This document shows positions 40,168 through 51,400 of a DNA stretch of 64,000 nt, piece after piece. The stretch lies in NCBI GenBank assembly GCA_038213375.1, contig JBBQTB010000013.1, forward strand, positions 19,963-83,962, written 5' to 3'. A program made the position numbers and the translations under genes. Position 1 is the first letter of the stretch, and every line of letters begins with the position of its first letter. The notes beneath the pieces were generated by a model. That model made no database searches and was not told the DNA's origin. It saw only the letters and a program-made list of their open reading frames with translations. This stretch comes from Bacteroidales bacterium. Lineage in GTDB: Bacteria; Bacteroidota; Bacteroidia; Bacteroidales; JAAUTT01.

Positions 40168-41436
40168 ATGTCAAATGAATTTATACCAACTGCTTATTAT
40201 ACAATATTTCAAAATGTTAAAGATGCAGCTAGAGAGATGACTGCGGTGAAAGAAGCAACCATCAACGCTGTGCTATTGGCGTTAGCGGACGAAACAGAAA
40301 ATCAATCAGCCTTTATTCTTGCTGAAAACCAAAAAGATATAGATTTAATGGATTCGCAAAATCCAAAATACGATCGCCTTAAATTAACCACCGACAGAAT
40401 AAAGGATATTGTTTCGGATATTCGAAATGTCGCACAACTGCCATCACCACTTGGAAAAATACATGAACATCGCGAACTTTCCAACGGATTAAAACTATCC
40501 AAAGTATCAGTTCCAATGGGTGTTATCGGAATTATTTATGAAGCGCGACCTAACGTTACATTCGATTGCTTTTCGCTTTGTATCAAATCAGGTAATGCAT
40601 GCATTTTAAAAGGTGGCAGTGACGCTCAATTTTCCAATATAGCCATCATTTCCATAATTAAAAAGCTGCTTACAAAATTTGGATTAAATTCTTCCATAGC
40701 TGAACTTCTTCCTATAGAACGCGAAGCAACTATGGCGCTTTTAACAGCACGTGGTTTTGTAGATGTCCTTATTCCCCGTGGAAGCCAAAGTTTGATTAAC
40801 TTTGTTGCCGAGAATGCAAAAATTCCGGTGATAGAAACAGGGGCAGGTATAGTTCATACATACCTCGACGATACTGCTGATATTGACAAAGCGCGCGAAA
40901 TTATCGCCAATGCCAAAACCCGAAGGGTCAGTGTTTGCAATGCCCTCGATTGTCTGGTTGTACATAAAAATCAACTTGGAAATCTTCCCTTTGTTTTGAA
41001 GCCCTTGGCCAAAAGCAACGTTATTATTTATGCTGATGAGCCTTCGATGATGATTTTGATTGGTCAATATCCTAATGAATTGCTTAAACCGGCAACGGAC
41101 GAATCGTTCGGTACTGAGTTTCTCGACTACAAAATGGCCGTAAAAACTGTGAACAATTTTGAGGAGGCGCTAACGCATATCTACACGTTTAGCTCAAAAC
41201 ACAGTGAAGCAATCCTCAGTGAAAATATTGAAAATATTGAACGATTTATTAATGAAGTAGATGCAGCTGCTGTTTATTCAAATGCTTCAACATCTTTTAC
41301 TGATGGCGCTCAATTCGGATTGGGAGCTGAAATAGGCATCAGTACCCAAAAACTCCATGCCCGCGGTCCGATGGCATTGGCAGAATTAACCAGTTATAAA
41401 TGGGTGGTTAGGGGTAGCGGACAAGTCAGAAAATAG
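40168..41436 (+). CDS. proA: gamma-glutamyl phosphate reductase
   Basis: 422 aa with an ALDH-like fold and the catalytic region [14 protein letters not shown] typical of ProA. Confidence 0.85.
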   Translation: MSNEFIPTAYYTIFQNVKDAAREMTAVKEATINAVLLALADETENQSAFILAENQKDIDLMDSQNPKYDRLKLTTDRIKDIVSDIRNVAQLPSPLGKIHEHRELSNGLKLSKVSVPMGVIGIIYEARPNVTFDCFSLCIKSGNACILKGGSDAQFSNIAIISIIKKLLTKFGLNSSIAELLPIEREATMALLTARGFVDVLIPRGSQSLINFVAENAKIPVIETGAGIVHTYLDDTADIDKAREIIANAKTRRVSVCNALDCLVVHKNQLGNLPFVLKPLAKSNVIIYADEPSMMILIGQYPNELLKPATDESFGTEFLDYKMAVKTVNNFEEALTHIYTFSSKHSEAILSENIENIERFINEVDAAAVYSNASTSFTDGAQFGLGAEIGISTQKLHARGPMALAELTSYKWVVRGSGQVRK

Positions 41437-41461
41437 TACTAAAAGCCATATACATAGAAAA

Positions 41462-42412
41462 ATGAAACATTTCACTTCCATTCACGATGTAACTGACTTG
41501 AATCAAATGCTTAAAGAGGCATTTGTAATCAAGAAAGATCAGTATCAATTCGAAAATCTGGGTAAACACAAAACGATGTGTTTATTATTTTTCAACTCCA
41601 GCTTGCGTACTCGCATAAGTACCCAAAAGGCAGCTGAAAATCTTGGAATGAAAACTATCATTCTCAATATTAATGAGGATGGTTGGAAAATTGAAACCGA
41701 GTTTGGAGTGGTTATGGATGGCGACAAAGCCGAACACATCAAGGAAGCGGCCGGTGTTATTGGTCGTTACAGTGATATTATTGGTATTCGATCGTTTGCC
41801 GAATTGAAAAACCGTGAATTGGATTATTCAGAACACGTGTTGGGGCAGTTTATCCAATATGCCGGAACTCCCATTGTAAGCATGGAAGCCGCTACAGGGC
41901 ATCCTCTGCAAAGTTTCGCTGATGTTATCACCATCGAGGAATATAAAAAGAAAGAACGCCCAAAAGTTGTTCTCACATGGGCGCCCCATCCAAAAGCATT
42001 ACCTCAGGCTGTTCCCAACTCTTTTGCAGAATGGACGGTTGCTGCCGGATACGAAGTAGTGGTTACACATCCTGAAGGATACGAGCTAGATGAAAAGTTT
42101 ACCCATGGTGCAAAAATTGAGTATAACCAAAATAAAGCATTCGAAGGAGCTGATTTTATCTACGCAAAAAATTGGTCTAATTATAAAAACTACGGTCAGA
42201 TTTTGAATATGGATCTAAACTGGACCGTATCAGCTGATAAGATGAAACTTACAAATCAGGCCAAATTTATGCACTGTCTACCTGTTCGTCGAAACATGAT
42301 TGTTACTGATGAAGTCATTGACAGCCCTGATTCAATTGTGATTGACGAAGCCGAAAATCGTATCTATTCGGCGCAAACTATCATTAAAAGAATTTTGGAA
42401 AATTTAAAATAA
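41462..42412 (+). CDS. argF: N-acyl(acetyl/succinyl)-L-ornithine carbamoyltransferase
   Basis: 316 aa. It has the carbamoyltransferase motifs FFNSSLRTR and HCLP. The length and sequence are of the Bacteroidota ArgF' type rather than classical OTCase. Confidence 0.75.
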   Translation: MKHFTSIHDVTDLNQMLKEAFVIKKDQYQFENLGKHKTMCLLFFNSSLRTRISTQKAAENLGMKTIILNINEDGWKIETEFGVVMDGDKAEHIKEAAGVIGRYSDIIGIRSFAELKNRELDYSEHVLGQFIQYAGTPIVSMEAATGHPLQSFADVITIEEYKKKERPKVVLTWAPHPKALPQAVPNSFAEWTVAAGYEVVVTHPEGYELDEKFTHGAKIEYNQNKAFEGADFIYAKNWSNYKNYGQILNMDLNWTVSADKMKLTNQAKFMHCLPVRRNMIVTDEVIDSPDSIVIDEAENRIYSAQTIIKRILENLK

Positions 42413-42495
42413 CTGCATATTGAATATATAGTAGTTTATATTGTTATTTTAAATTTGAGTGTTTTCTCAAATCATTTTAGTACTATAATAATAAA

Positions 42496-43557
42496 ATGGA
42501 ATTCTATTATCAACAGGCTATAAATACTTTAAAAAAGCTTATTGCAATTCCTTCTTTAAGCAAGGAAGAGGACAAAACTGCCGATTTAATTTTTAATTAT
42601 ATACAATCGAACGGTTTTTCCCCAGAACGAAAAGGAAACAATGTTTGGGTGCGGTCGATCATTTCTGATAAACTGCCAACCGTTTTACTTAATTCGCATC
42701 ACGACACTGTAAAACCATCGTCATCCTGGACTTTCGACCCATTTACACCAACAGAAAAAGATGGTAAACTATACGGATTGGGAAGTAATGATGCGGGGGC
42801 ATCAGTGGTGAGTCAGATGATGGCATTTTTTGAATTATCCAAACAACCCAACCGACCCTATAACCTCATTTATAGTGCGACAGCTGAAGAAGAGATTACC
42901 GGGTTGGGTGGAGTTATCAGCATATTGCCCTATCTTGGAAAAATTGATCTGGCTATTGTAGGCGAACCAACCCAAATGCAAATGGCCATTGCAGAGAAAG
43001 GATTGATGGTACTCGATTGCAAAGTGATGGGTAAAACCGGACATGCGGCGCGTGACGAAGGCCTTAATCCTATTTATCTGGCACTGGAAGATATTGAATG
43101 GTTCCGGACATTTCAATTCCCAAAGGAATCCGAAATTCTGGGGAAGGTAAAAACATCGGTTACTATAATAAATGCGGGGTATCAACATAATGTGGTCCCC
43201 GATATATGCACCTATGTAGTAGATGTTCGTACCAACGAGCAATATACAAATGAACAATCTCTTGAACTCATTCTCAACCACATGAAACATTCGGAAGTAA
43301 CACCCCGGTCATTGCGGCATAATTCATCATACATTCCACTTAACCATCCGCTGGTCAAGCGCGGTCAAGGGTTGGGATTGACTTATTACGGATCGCCAAC
43401 CACATCCGATCAGGCGGTGATGCGATTAACTTCCATGAAAATCGGTCCAGGAGACTCAGCACGTTCCCACACGGCAAACGAATACATTGAACTTGTTGAG
43501 ATTAAAAAAGGGATATCAACTTATATAGAGCTATTGAATGGTTTAGTTTTATCCTAA
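42496..43557 (+). CDS. argE: M20 family metallohydrolase (acyl-ornithine deacylase ArgE-like)
   Basis: 353 aa with M20 motifs (LNSHHDTV, GSNDAG, AEEE). It lies between argF' and argH. Confidence 0.65.
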   Translation: MEFYYQQAINTLKKLIAIPSLSKEEDKTADLIFNYIQSNGFSPERKGNNVWVRSIISDKLPTVLLNSHHDTVKPSSSWTFDPFTPTEKDGKLYGLGSNDAGASVVSQMMAFFELSKQPNRPYNLIYSATAEEEITGLGGVISILPYLGKIDLAIVGEPTQMQMAIAEKGLMVLDCKVMGKTGHAARDEGLNPIYLALEDIEWFRTFQFPKESEILGKVKTSVTIINAGYQHNVVPDICTYVVDVRTNEQYTNEQSLELILNHMKHSEVTPRSLRHNSSYIPLNHPLVKRGQGLGLTYYGSPTTSDQAVMRLTSMKIGPGDSARSHTANEYIELVEIKKGISTYIELLNGLVLS

Positions 43558-43583
43558 TTTTGAATTTTAAAAACAATCTTTAC

Positions 43584-44915
43584 ATGAAACTCTGGGACAA
43601 AGGAACAACAGTTAACGAATGGATTGAGCGGTTTACAGTTGGCAGCGACCGTGAAATGGATCTCTACCTTGCCGAATTTGACGTGCTGGGAACCATCGCA
43701 CACATTACCATGCTTGAAACCATCGGGTTGATTGGTAAAGCTGAACTTCCTTTGTTGAAAAAAGAACTTTCGGAAATATATTATAAAATAAAAGCTGGAA
43801 GCTTTACTATAGAAGAAGGTGTTGAAGACGTTCATTCACAAGTAGAACTAATACTTACTCATAAACTGGGCGATCTTGGAAAGAAAGTTCATAGCGGCCG
43901 ATCACGTAACGATCAGGTACTGGTTGACAGTAAATTATTTATAAGAAATGAGATTCAGAAAACGGTTGAATCGGTAAAAACGCTTTTTGATGTACTCATC
44001 GCACAAAGTGAGCGTTATAAGGAGGTTTTATTACCCGGATATACGCATTTGCAGGTGGCTATGCCATCATCATTTGGGTTGTGGTTTGGTGCTTATGCAG
44101 AAAGCCTCACCGACGATATATTATTGCTTCATACTTCCTATAAAATTGCTAACCAGAATCCATTGGGTTCTGCAGCAGGTTATGGGTCCTCGTTTCCACT
44201 TAACCGCACACTAACTACTCAATTATTAGGATTCGAAAACCTAAGTTATAATGTAGTTTACGCCCAAATGGGGAGAGGCAAAACCGAAAAAATAGCAGCT
44301 TTTGCCATGTCCTCAGTAGCAGCTACCCTGTCCCGCCTTGCAATGGATGTATGCCTCTACATGAGTCAGAACTTCGGATTTTTAAGTTTACCCGACGAAT
44401 ATACCACTGGTTCAAGCATCATGCCTCATAAAAAAAACCCCGATGTGTTTGAGCTTATCCGGGCCAGATGCAATAAACTTCAAGCATTACCCAACGACAT
44501 CACAATAATGTTGGCCAACCTTCCATCTGGTTATTTTCGGGATTTACAACTTCTAAAGGAAACAATTTTTCCTGCATTTGCCGAGTTACGGAGTTGCATT
44601 GACATCGTAGCTTTTATGATGGACAAACTCATCATCAATCGAAATATACTGGAAGATGGTCGTTACAAATATCTATTCAGTGTTGATGTACTAAACAAAC
44701 TCGTACTCCGTGGAACACCATTCCGTGATGCATATAAAATTGTTAGCAAAGATATTAAAGATGGTAACTTTAATCCTGAAATGAATGTTGAACATACACA
44801 TGAGGGTAGCATTGGGAATTTGTGTAATGAACAGATTTCAGAAAAAATGCAGCAAACTTTTAGCCTGTTCAACTTCGAAAAAATATCTGAAATTCTTTTT
44901 GACCTTGTTAAATAG
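43584..44915 (+). CDS. argH: argininosuccinate lyase
   Basis: The start was taken at MKLWDKG. The fumarate-lyase signature GSSIMPHKKNP is present. Confidence 0.9.
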   Translation: MKLWDKGTTVNEWIERFTVGSDREMDLYLAEFDVLGTIAHITMLETIGLIGKAELPLLKKELSEIYYKIKAGSFTIEEGVEDVHSQVELILTHKLGDLGKKVHSGRSRNDQVLVDSKLFIRNEIQKTVESVKTLFDVLIAQSERYKEVLLPGYTHLQVAMPSSFGLWFGAYAESLTDDILLLHTSYKIANQNPLGSAAGYGSSFPLNRTLTTQLLGFENLSYNVVYAQMGRGKTEKIAAFAMSSVAATLSRLAMDVCLYMSQNFGFLSLPDEYTTGSSIMPHKKNPDVFELIRARCNKLQALPNDITIMLANLPSGYFRDLQLLKETIFPAFAELRSCIDIVAFMMDKLIINRNILEDGRYKYLFSVDVLNKLVLRGTPFRDAYKIVSKDIKDGNFNPEMNVEHTHEGSIGNLCNEQISEKMQQTFSLFNFEKISEILFDLVK

Positions 44916-45036
44916 TGTTTGCAAGAACACCAAATTTATAATCAAAAGTATCTCTGATCATATTATAAAAACGCTATCCTGTAAAAACAGATACTATTTT
45001 TTATGTACCTTTCCCAAACAAACTTAACAAATAGAA

Positions 45037-45642
45037 ATGAATATTATTTTAAAATCTTTGTCGATCCTGATTGCTCTATTTTCATGTTATACCTCAATTA
45101 ATGCTCAAGATGCAGCGCTTCTAAAAAAAACAGATCAATGGTTTAAAAGTCAGAAATATTTAGACGGATTATCTCTAAAACCTTTCGAGGGTGTAAATAA
45201 AGTAGAATTCTATATTCAGTATCAAAAAAATAAAAATCTGTTGGATAAAGCTTTTTCGTACTTAAAAAAAACCAATCTAGACACGATTTCTGTAGGAAAA
45301 CATGTGATTGACGGCGACTCTGTTTTTGCATCGGTAACTGAAAATCCAACCAAATCTTTTGAGGACACCAAATGGGAATTTCATAAGAAATATATAGATA
45401 TTCAATATGTTATAAAAGGTAAAGAGAAAATGGGAACTACTCCAATTGAAAGCCTTTCGATAACAACCCCATACAACGAAATTAAAGATGTTGGGTTTGG
45501 CGATGCTTCAAACGGCAAGTTTTATATAGCCGAACCCGGTAGGTTTTTAATCTTTTTCCCAACCGATGCGCATAGGCCAAATATTAAAATAGAAGGTTTT
45601 GAAAAAACCAAAAAGGTTGTAGTGAAAATAATGGCGAAATAA
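45037..45642 (+). CDS. YhcH/YjgK/YiaL (DUF386) family protein, secreted
   Basis: 201 aa with a signal peptide. The family-typical C-terminal segment FLIFFPTDAHRP is present. Confidence 0.65.
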   Translation: MNIILKSLSILIALFSCYTSINAQDAALLKKTDQWFKSQKYLDGLSLKPFEGVNKVEFYIQYQKNKNLLDKAFSYLKKTNLDTISVGKHVIDGDSVFASVTENPTKSFEDTKWEFHKKYIDIQYVIKGKEKMGTTPIESLSITTPYNEIKDVGFGDASNGKFYIAEPGRFLIFFPTDAHRPNIKIEGFEKTKKVVVKIMAK

Positions 45643-45677
45643 TGCATTTAATGTAAACTCATTTTATCAACTTATCT

Positions 45678-46994
45678 ATGAGGAATGTGGATATGATGCC
45701 CGAAAAAAATCAAAGAAAAATAATAAACGCTTGGTGTTCATATGATATTGCTAATTCAGCGTATTGTTTAAGTATAAGTACAGTCTTATATCCAATATAT
45801 TATCAAGCCATTACAAAACAAACATGGGGTTCAGATTTGGTATCTTTTATGGGCATAAGTATCAAAAATACGGTTCTATATGACTATTTTATTGCTTTTG
45901 GTTATTTCCTCATTATTTTTTTAACTCCTCTGCTCTCAGGTATTGCCGATATGGGAGGATATCGAAAACGCTTTATGCAATTTTTTACTTTAATTGGTTC
46001 ATTATCCTGCATTGGATTATATTGGTTTAACGGATATAATATTATTTTTGGAGTTGCACTTCCAGCATTGGCAGTAGTTGGATTTGCAGGTTCGCTAGTA
46101 TATTATAATTCTTTTTTACCAATTATAGCAACGCCAGACAGGCATGATAAAATAAGTGCGAGGGGCTTTTCATGGGGTTATGGAGGAAGTATGATTTTGT
46201 TAATTTTCAATTTATATTGTATTGAAAACTACCAGAAATTTGGCTTTACCGGAAAATTAGATGCAATAAAATTCGCCTTTGTTGAAGTGGGGATCTGGTG
46301 GTTTGCAATAGCCCAAATAGCATTTTGGCATTTGAAAGAGTACAAGGGAGGTTTTACAATTAAATCGCACGTTTTCACGAAAGGATTTCAGGAGATTATA
46401 AAAGTGTTTAGCATTATAAAAAAGGATACAACCATGCTGAGGTTTTTACTTTCGTTTTTTCTTTTTAGTATTGGAGTTCAAACTATCATTCTGGTGGCTA
46501 CCCTATTTGGAAGCAAGGAATTGGGCATTGAAGGTTCGAAACTAATTGTCACCATCCTTCTTATTCAAATTCTGGCACTTATAGGATCTACTTTTTTTGG
46601 TTGGGTCTCAACAAAGAAAGGAAATAAATTTTCGTTGGTTACCATGCTTATCATATGGTCTGTGGTTTGTTTTATTGCGTACTTCATTCATAACGATATT
46701 CAATTTTTTATTCTGGCATCATTAGTAGGTTTAGTAATGGGTGGAATCCAGTCTCAAGCTCGTTCGACCTATTCAAAACTAATTCCTGAAAACTCAAAAG
46801 ATACAGCTTCATTTTTTAGTTTCTATGATATCACAGAAAAAGCTGCCATTGTGATAGGTATGTTATGTTTCGGTTTTATTGAAGAGGTAACCGGAAGTAT
46901 GCGACTGAGTGCACTTTTGCTTTCCGTATTCTTTCTAGCTAGTTTGATAATTGTTTTGAGAACAAAACTGGTTACAAAAAAATATGTACAATAA
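45678..46994 (+). CDS. MFS transporter, UMF1/Atg22-like
   Basis: 438 aa with about 12 TM segments. The N-terminus is WCSYDIANSAY. Confidence 0.7.
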   Translation: MRNVDMMPEKNQRKIINAWCSYDIANSAYCLSISTVLYPIYYQAITKQTWGSDLVSFMGISIKNTVLYDYFIAFGYFLIIFLTPLLSGIADMGGYRKRFMQFFTLIGSLSCIGLYWFNGYNIIFGVALPALAVVGFAGSLVYYNSFLPIIATPDRHDKISARGFSWGYGGSMILLIFNLYCIENYQKFGFTGKLDAIKFAFVEVGIWWFAIAQIAFWHLKEYKGGFTIKSHVFTKGFQEIIKVFSIIKKDTTMLRFLLSFFLFSIGVQTIILVATLFGSKELGIEGSKLIVTILLIQILALIGSTFFGWVSTKKGNKFSLVTMLIIWSVVCFIAYFIHNDIQFFILASLVGLVMGGIQSQARSTYSKLIPENSKDTASFFSFYDITEKAAIVIGMLCFGFIEEVTGSMRLSALLLSVFFLASLIIVLRTKLVTKKYVQ

Positions 46995-47012
46995 ATGGTT
47001 ACAAATTGAATT

Positions 47013-47408
47013 TTATTCTTTTTCTGTAGCCAAAATCATCTTTACCTCAACGCGTTTACCAATTTCAAGAACATCGACCAAATCTTGAATAGTCAAATGG
47101 CTATCAGCTCTAAGCACAACGGTCATATCATTAATCTTTTTCTTCCGTTCAGTTAAAGCAAGTTCCAAATCAGCAGGCGCAACCATCAATTGATCAAGGT
47201 AATATTTCTTATCAGCAGTAATTGAAAGTGTTATTTGTTTCTTCGAAAGCGTTTGACTGGAGCTGGCTTTCGGTAGCATCAATTTAATTACATTTGGGTT
47301 AGCAAAAGTGGCAACGATAAGAAAAAACAGCAACAGGAAAAACATAATGTCGTTTAATGATGCCGTTGCTACCTCAGCTTTAAAATCGTGACTACGTTTA
47401 ATCTTCAT
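47013..47408 (-). CDS. exbD: ExbD/TolR biopolymer transport protein
   Basis: 131 aa with a single N-terminal TM segment (LNDIMFFLLLFFLI) and a periplasmic domain. It is downstream of the MotA/ExbB gene. Confidence 0.8.
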   Translation of the reverse strand: MKIKRSHDFKAEVATASLNDIMFFLLLFFLIVATFANPNVIKLMLPKASSSQTLSKKQITLSITADKKYYLDQLMVAPADLELALTERKKKINDMTVVLRADSHLTIQDLVDVLEIGKRVEVKMILATEKE

Positions 47409-47450
47409 ATCTAAATAAATCGTAAGTTCTAATGGTAAACCATCAGTAAA

Positions 47451-48155
47451 TTATTCCTCTTTTTTCGCCCTTAATTCTTTTACGGAATTTAAAATCTCAA
47501 ACGATTCAGCTTCTACAAATGAGATAAAACGATCGAGTTTCATATTTAACACATGGTAACCGCAATAGGCAATTACTCCGACAATTAAACCACTTCCGCT
47601 CGAAATCATTTTCTCGTATAAACCGCCGGATATAATTCCGATACTAATGTTATCTGTTACCGAAATATTGTAAAAAATTTTGATAATTCCTGAGATAGTC
47701 CCAATAAAACCAAGCATTGGAGCAACACCGGCAATAATTCCCAAATAATTAAGGTTTTGATTCAACTTGGAAATTTCAATATTACTTACGCTTTCAATCT
47801 CAGCTTCAATTTCCTTTACCGGACCACTTAGGTTTTTAAGAAAATGTGTAAAGATTGCCTTGTAAGCACCCGATCCTGCCGAAAGGGCTGTCATTGCCTT
47901 TTCTGGTTCGTTATTTTTAACGTGTAGCTTAAAATTTGACCGAATCGAGGAAACTATTTTTGTTCCCTTGTTAATGATATAATATTTTTCAGCAATCAAA
48001 TAAATAGCAATTATGGATAAAATTCCAATTGGAATGAGAATTACTCCACCCTTCATCAAAAGGTCAAACACAGATAGATGATGGTTAGCAACATCTTCGA
48101 CTTTGAGTTTGTTTAATGTTTCGGATACTTGCAAAATTGTAGTTAGAGAAATCAT
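47451..48155 (-). CDS. exbB: MotA/TolQ/ExbB proton channel
   Basis: 234 aa with the conserved C-terminal region GIIAGVAPMLGFIGTISGII. Confidence 0.8.
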   Translation of the reverse strand: MISLTTILQVSETLNKLKVEDVANHHLSVFDLLMKGGVILIPIGILSIIAIYLIAEKYYIINKGTKIVSSIRSNFKLHVKNNEPEKAMTALSAGSGAYKAIFTHFLKNLSGPVKEIEAEIESVSNIEISKLNQNLNYLGIIAGVAPMLGFIGTISGIIKIFYNISVTDNISIGIISGGLYEKMISSGSGLIVGVIAYCGYHVLNMKLDRFISFVEAESFEILNSVKELRAKKEE

Positions 48156-48469
48156 TTTAAATGCCTAATTTTAAAATTTATGCAAACGTATGGGTTTTTT
48201 TTGGAATTCCAAATTTGGAAAAATTTAAGATTACATGGTAGATTAAGGACAAAAATGTTCTCTTTTTTAATTTGTATGCAAAATTAAATTTTATTAAGTG
48301 CTGCAAAACATATATTTTTACACCCTGAAATTTTGTTAGGTTGTGCCCACAAAGTTTTGTGAATGAGAATTTAAGTTTGAAATGGTGTGACTTTTGCATA
48401 CAAATCGCCAGATCATTTAGTTGCTCTTTCAATAAAAATTTCAGTTAATCTTATAAAATCTACACGGAG

Positions 48470-51400
48470 ATGGACAAAAGCATAAAGAAAGTAATTGTAC
48501 TTGGTTCGGGTGCGCTAAAAATCGGTGAAGCGGGTGAATTTGACTATTCGGGATCGCAAGCGCTCAAAGCATTGCATGAGGAAGGTGTGTATACCATCCT
48601 CATCAACCCAAACATTGCCACTGTTCAAACATCTGAAGGATTAGCCGATAAGATTTACTTTCTGCCAGTAACACCTTATTTTGTAGAAAAGGTTATTCAA
48701 AAAGAAAAACCGGACGGTATACTACTTGCTTTTGGTGGTCAGACAGCCCTAAATTGCGGCATTGCTCTGTTCAGAGACAATATTTTCGTAAAATACAATC
48801 TTCGTGTTCTTGGTACTCCTATTCAGTCCATAATGGACACTGAAGATCGTGAATTGTTTGTAAATAAACTCAACGAAATAGATGTAATAACCGCACGAAG
48901 CATTGCTGCATCGAACCTTGACGACACGCTTGCCGCAGCCGAAAAACTTGGTTTTCCATTGATCATCCGTGCAGCATATGCACTAGGCGGCCTTGGTTCA
49001 GGTTTTTGTTATAACATGGATCAGCTTAAAAAGCTAGCCAGCAAAGCTTTTGCGTATTCTCCTCAAGTGTTAGTTGAAGAATCCCTGAAAGGCTGGAAAG
49101 AAGTAGAATACGAAGTGGTGCGTGATAAATACGATAATTGCATCACAGTTTGTAACATGGAGAACTTTGATCCATTAGGAATCCATACCGGTGAAAGCAT
49201 CGTTGTAGCTCCTTCACAAACACTTACAAATGCTGAATATCATAAACTCCGGCAATTAGCCATTAAAATTATCCGCCATATCGGTATCGTTGGTGAATGC
49301 AATGTTCAGTATGCACTTGATCCAAATTCAGAAGACTATCGTGTAATTGAAGTAAATGCACGTTTGTCCCGGTCCTCAGCTCTGGCATCCAAAGCAACCG
49401 GTTATCCGTTGGCTTTTGTAGCTGCCAAACTGGCACTTGGATATGGTCTTCACGAGTTGAAGAATTCTATTACAAAAACTACTTCGGCTTTTTTCGAACC
49501 GGCGCTTGACTATATCGTTTGTAAAATCCCGCGGTGGGATATGAACAAATTCGTGGGAGTTTCCAAGCAAATCGGATCATCGATGAAGAGCGTGGGGGAA
49601 GTAATGTCCATCGGAAAAACATTTGAAGAGGCCATTCAAAAAGGCTTACGAATGATTGGTCAGGGAATGCACGGGTTTGTTGGAAATCGGGATATTGAAC
49701 TCGAAGATATTGAGAAAGAATTGTCGGAACCGACCGACATGCGAATTTTTGTTATCGCGAGTGCTTTTGAAAAAGGACTTACTGTAGATAAAATTCATCA
49801 GTTAACCAAAATCGACAAATGGTTTCTGATCAAACTCAGGAATATCTTCGACCTAAAAAATGATCTGGAAAAAAGCAATTCGCTTGATGAATTGCCCCTC
49901 GAATTACTGAAGGATGCCAAACGCTCGGGGTTTTCTGATTTCCAGGTGGCTCGTTTCGTTCTGAAGGGCGACAATGACCAGATGGAGGATTATATTCTAA
50001 ATGTTCGTAAATTTCGTAAATCTCATAATATTGTACCCAGTGTAAAACAGATTGATACCCTTGCAGCTGAGTACCCTGCCAAAACCAATTACCTGTATCT
50101 AACTTATCATGGTCAGGAACACGATGTACAATTTGAAAGGGACAATCAATCGGTAGTCGTTTTAGGTTCCGGAGCATATCGTATTGGAAGTTCTGTGGAA
50201 TTTGACTGGTGTGGTGTTAGTGCACTGAATACCATCAAAGAGCAGGGATTCCGATCGATCATGATCAATTACAATCCCGAAACAGTAAGTACCGATTACG
50301 ATGTTTGCGACCGTCTTTATTTCGATGAACTTTCACTGGAGCGAGTGCTGGACATAATGGATCTGGAAATCCCAAGAGGTGTAATTATATCCACCGGTGG
50401 ACAAATTCCAAACAACTTGGCTATCCGACTGCATAATCAGCAAATTCCGATTCTGGGTACATCTCCTCTTTCAATTGACAGAGCCGAAGATCGTCATAAA
50501 TTTTCGACCATGTGCGATAATCTGGATATCGATCAACCTCGTTGGAAAGAGCTTACAAGCATCGACGATATCTATGAATTTACCGAAATGGTTGGTTTTC
50601 CGGTTTTGATTCGCCCTTCATACGTTCTTTCAGGCGCTGCAATGAACGTAGTTTCGAACCGCGATGAATTGAAGTATTTTTTGGAGCTTGCGGCTAACGT
50701 ATCGAAGAAATATCCGGTTGTAGTTTCGGAATTCATTGTGAATTCAAAAGAAATTGAAATTGATGCTGTGGCCAGTAAAGGAGAAATAATGGCTTATGCT
50801 ATTTCTGAACATATAGAGTTTGCCGGAGTGCATAGTGGTGATGCCACCATGGTTTTTCCTCCTCAAAAAATTTACTTCGAAACAGTTCGCCGTATCAAAC
50901 GGATAGCCCGAAAAATTGCCAAAGAGCTTGATATTTCAGGACCATTTAACATTCAATATCTTGCCAAAGATAATGATATCAAAGTTATCGAATGTAACCT
51001 TCGCGCATCACGTTCCATGCCGTTCGTATCAAAAGTTCTTAAAGTAAACCTCATCGACTTGGCAACAAAAATTATGTTGGGTGTTGCGGTTGACAAAATC
51101 GATAAATCTATTTTCGATTTAGATTATATGGGCATCAAGGCACCTCAGTTTTCATTCCAGAGGTTGCTGAAAGCCGACCCAGTTTTGGGTGTGGAAATGG
51201 CCTCCACGGGCGAAGTAGGTTGCATTGGCGAGGATTATTACGAAACGTTGTTGAAATCAATGCTATCTGTAGGTTATACCATTCCAAAAAAGAACATATT
51301 ATTCTCCACTGGTCCTGCCCGTGATAAAGTTGAACTATTGAATAGTGCCAAATTACTGGTTGAGAAAGGTTACAATCTGTTTGCTACTAAAGGCTCGGCA

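Noticed and set aside
48178-48432. An 84-aa minus-strand ORF in the exbB-carB intergenic region.
   Set aside because: It would overlap the promoter region of both flanking genes, it is Lys/Phe/Leu-rich and it has no motif. It is likely spurious.
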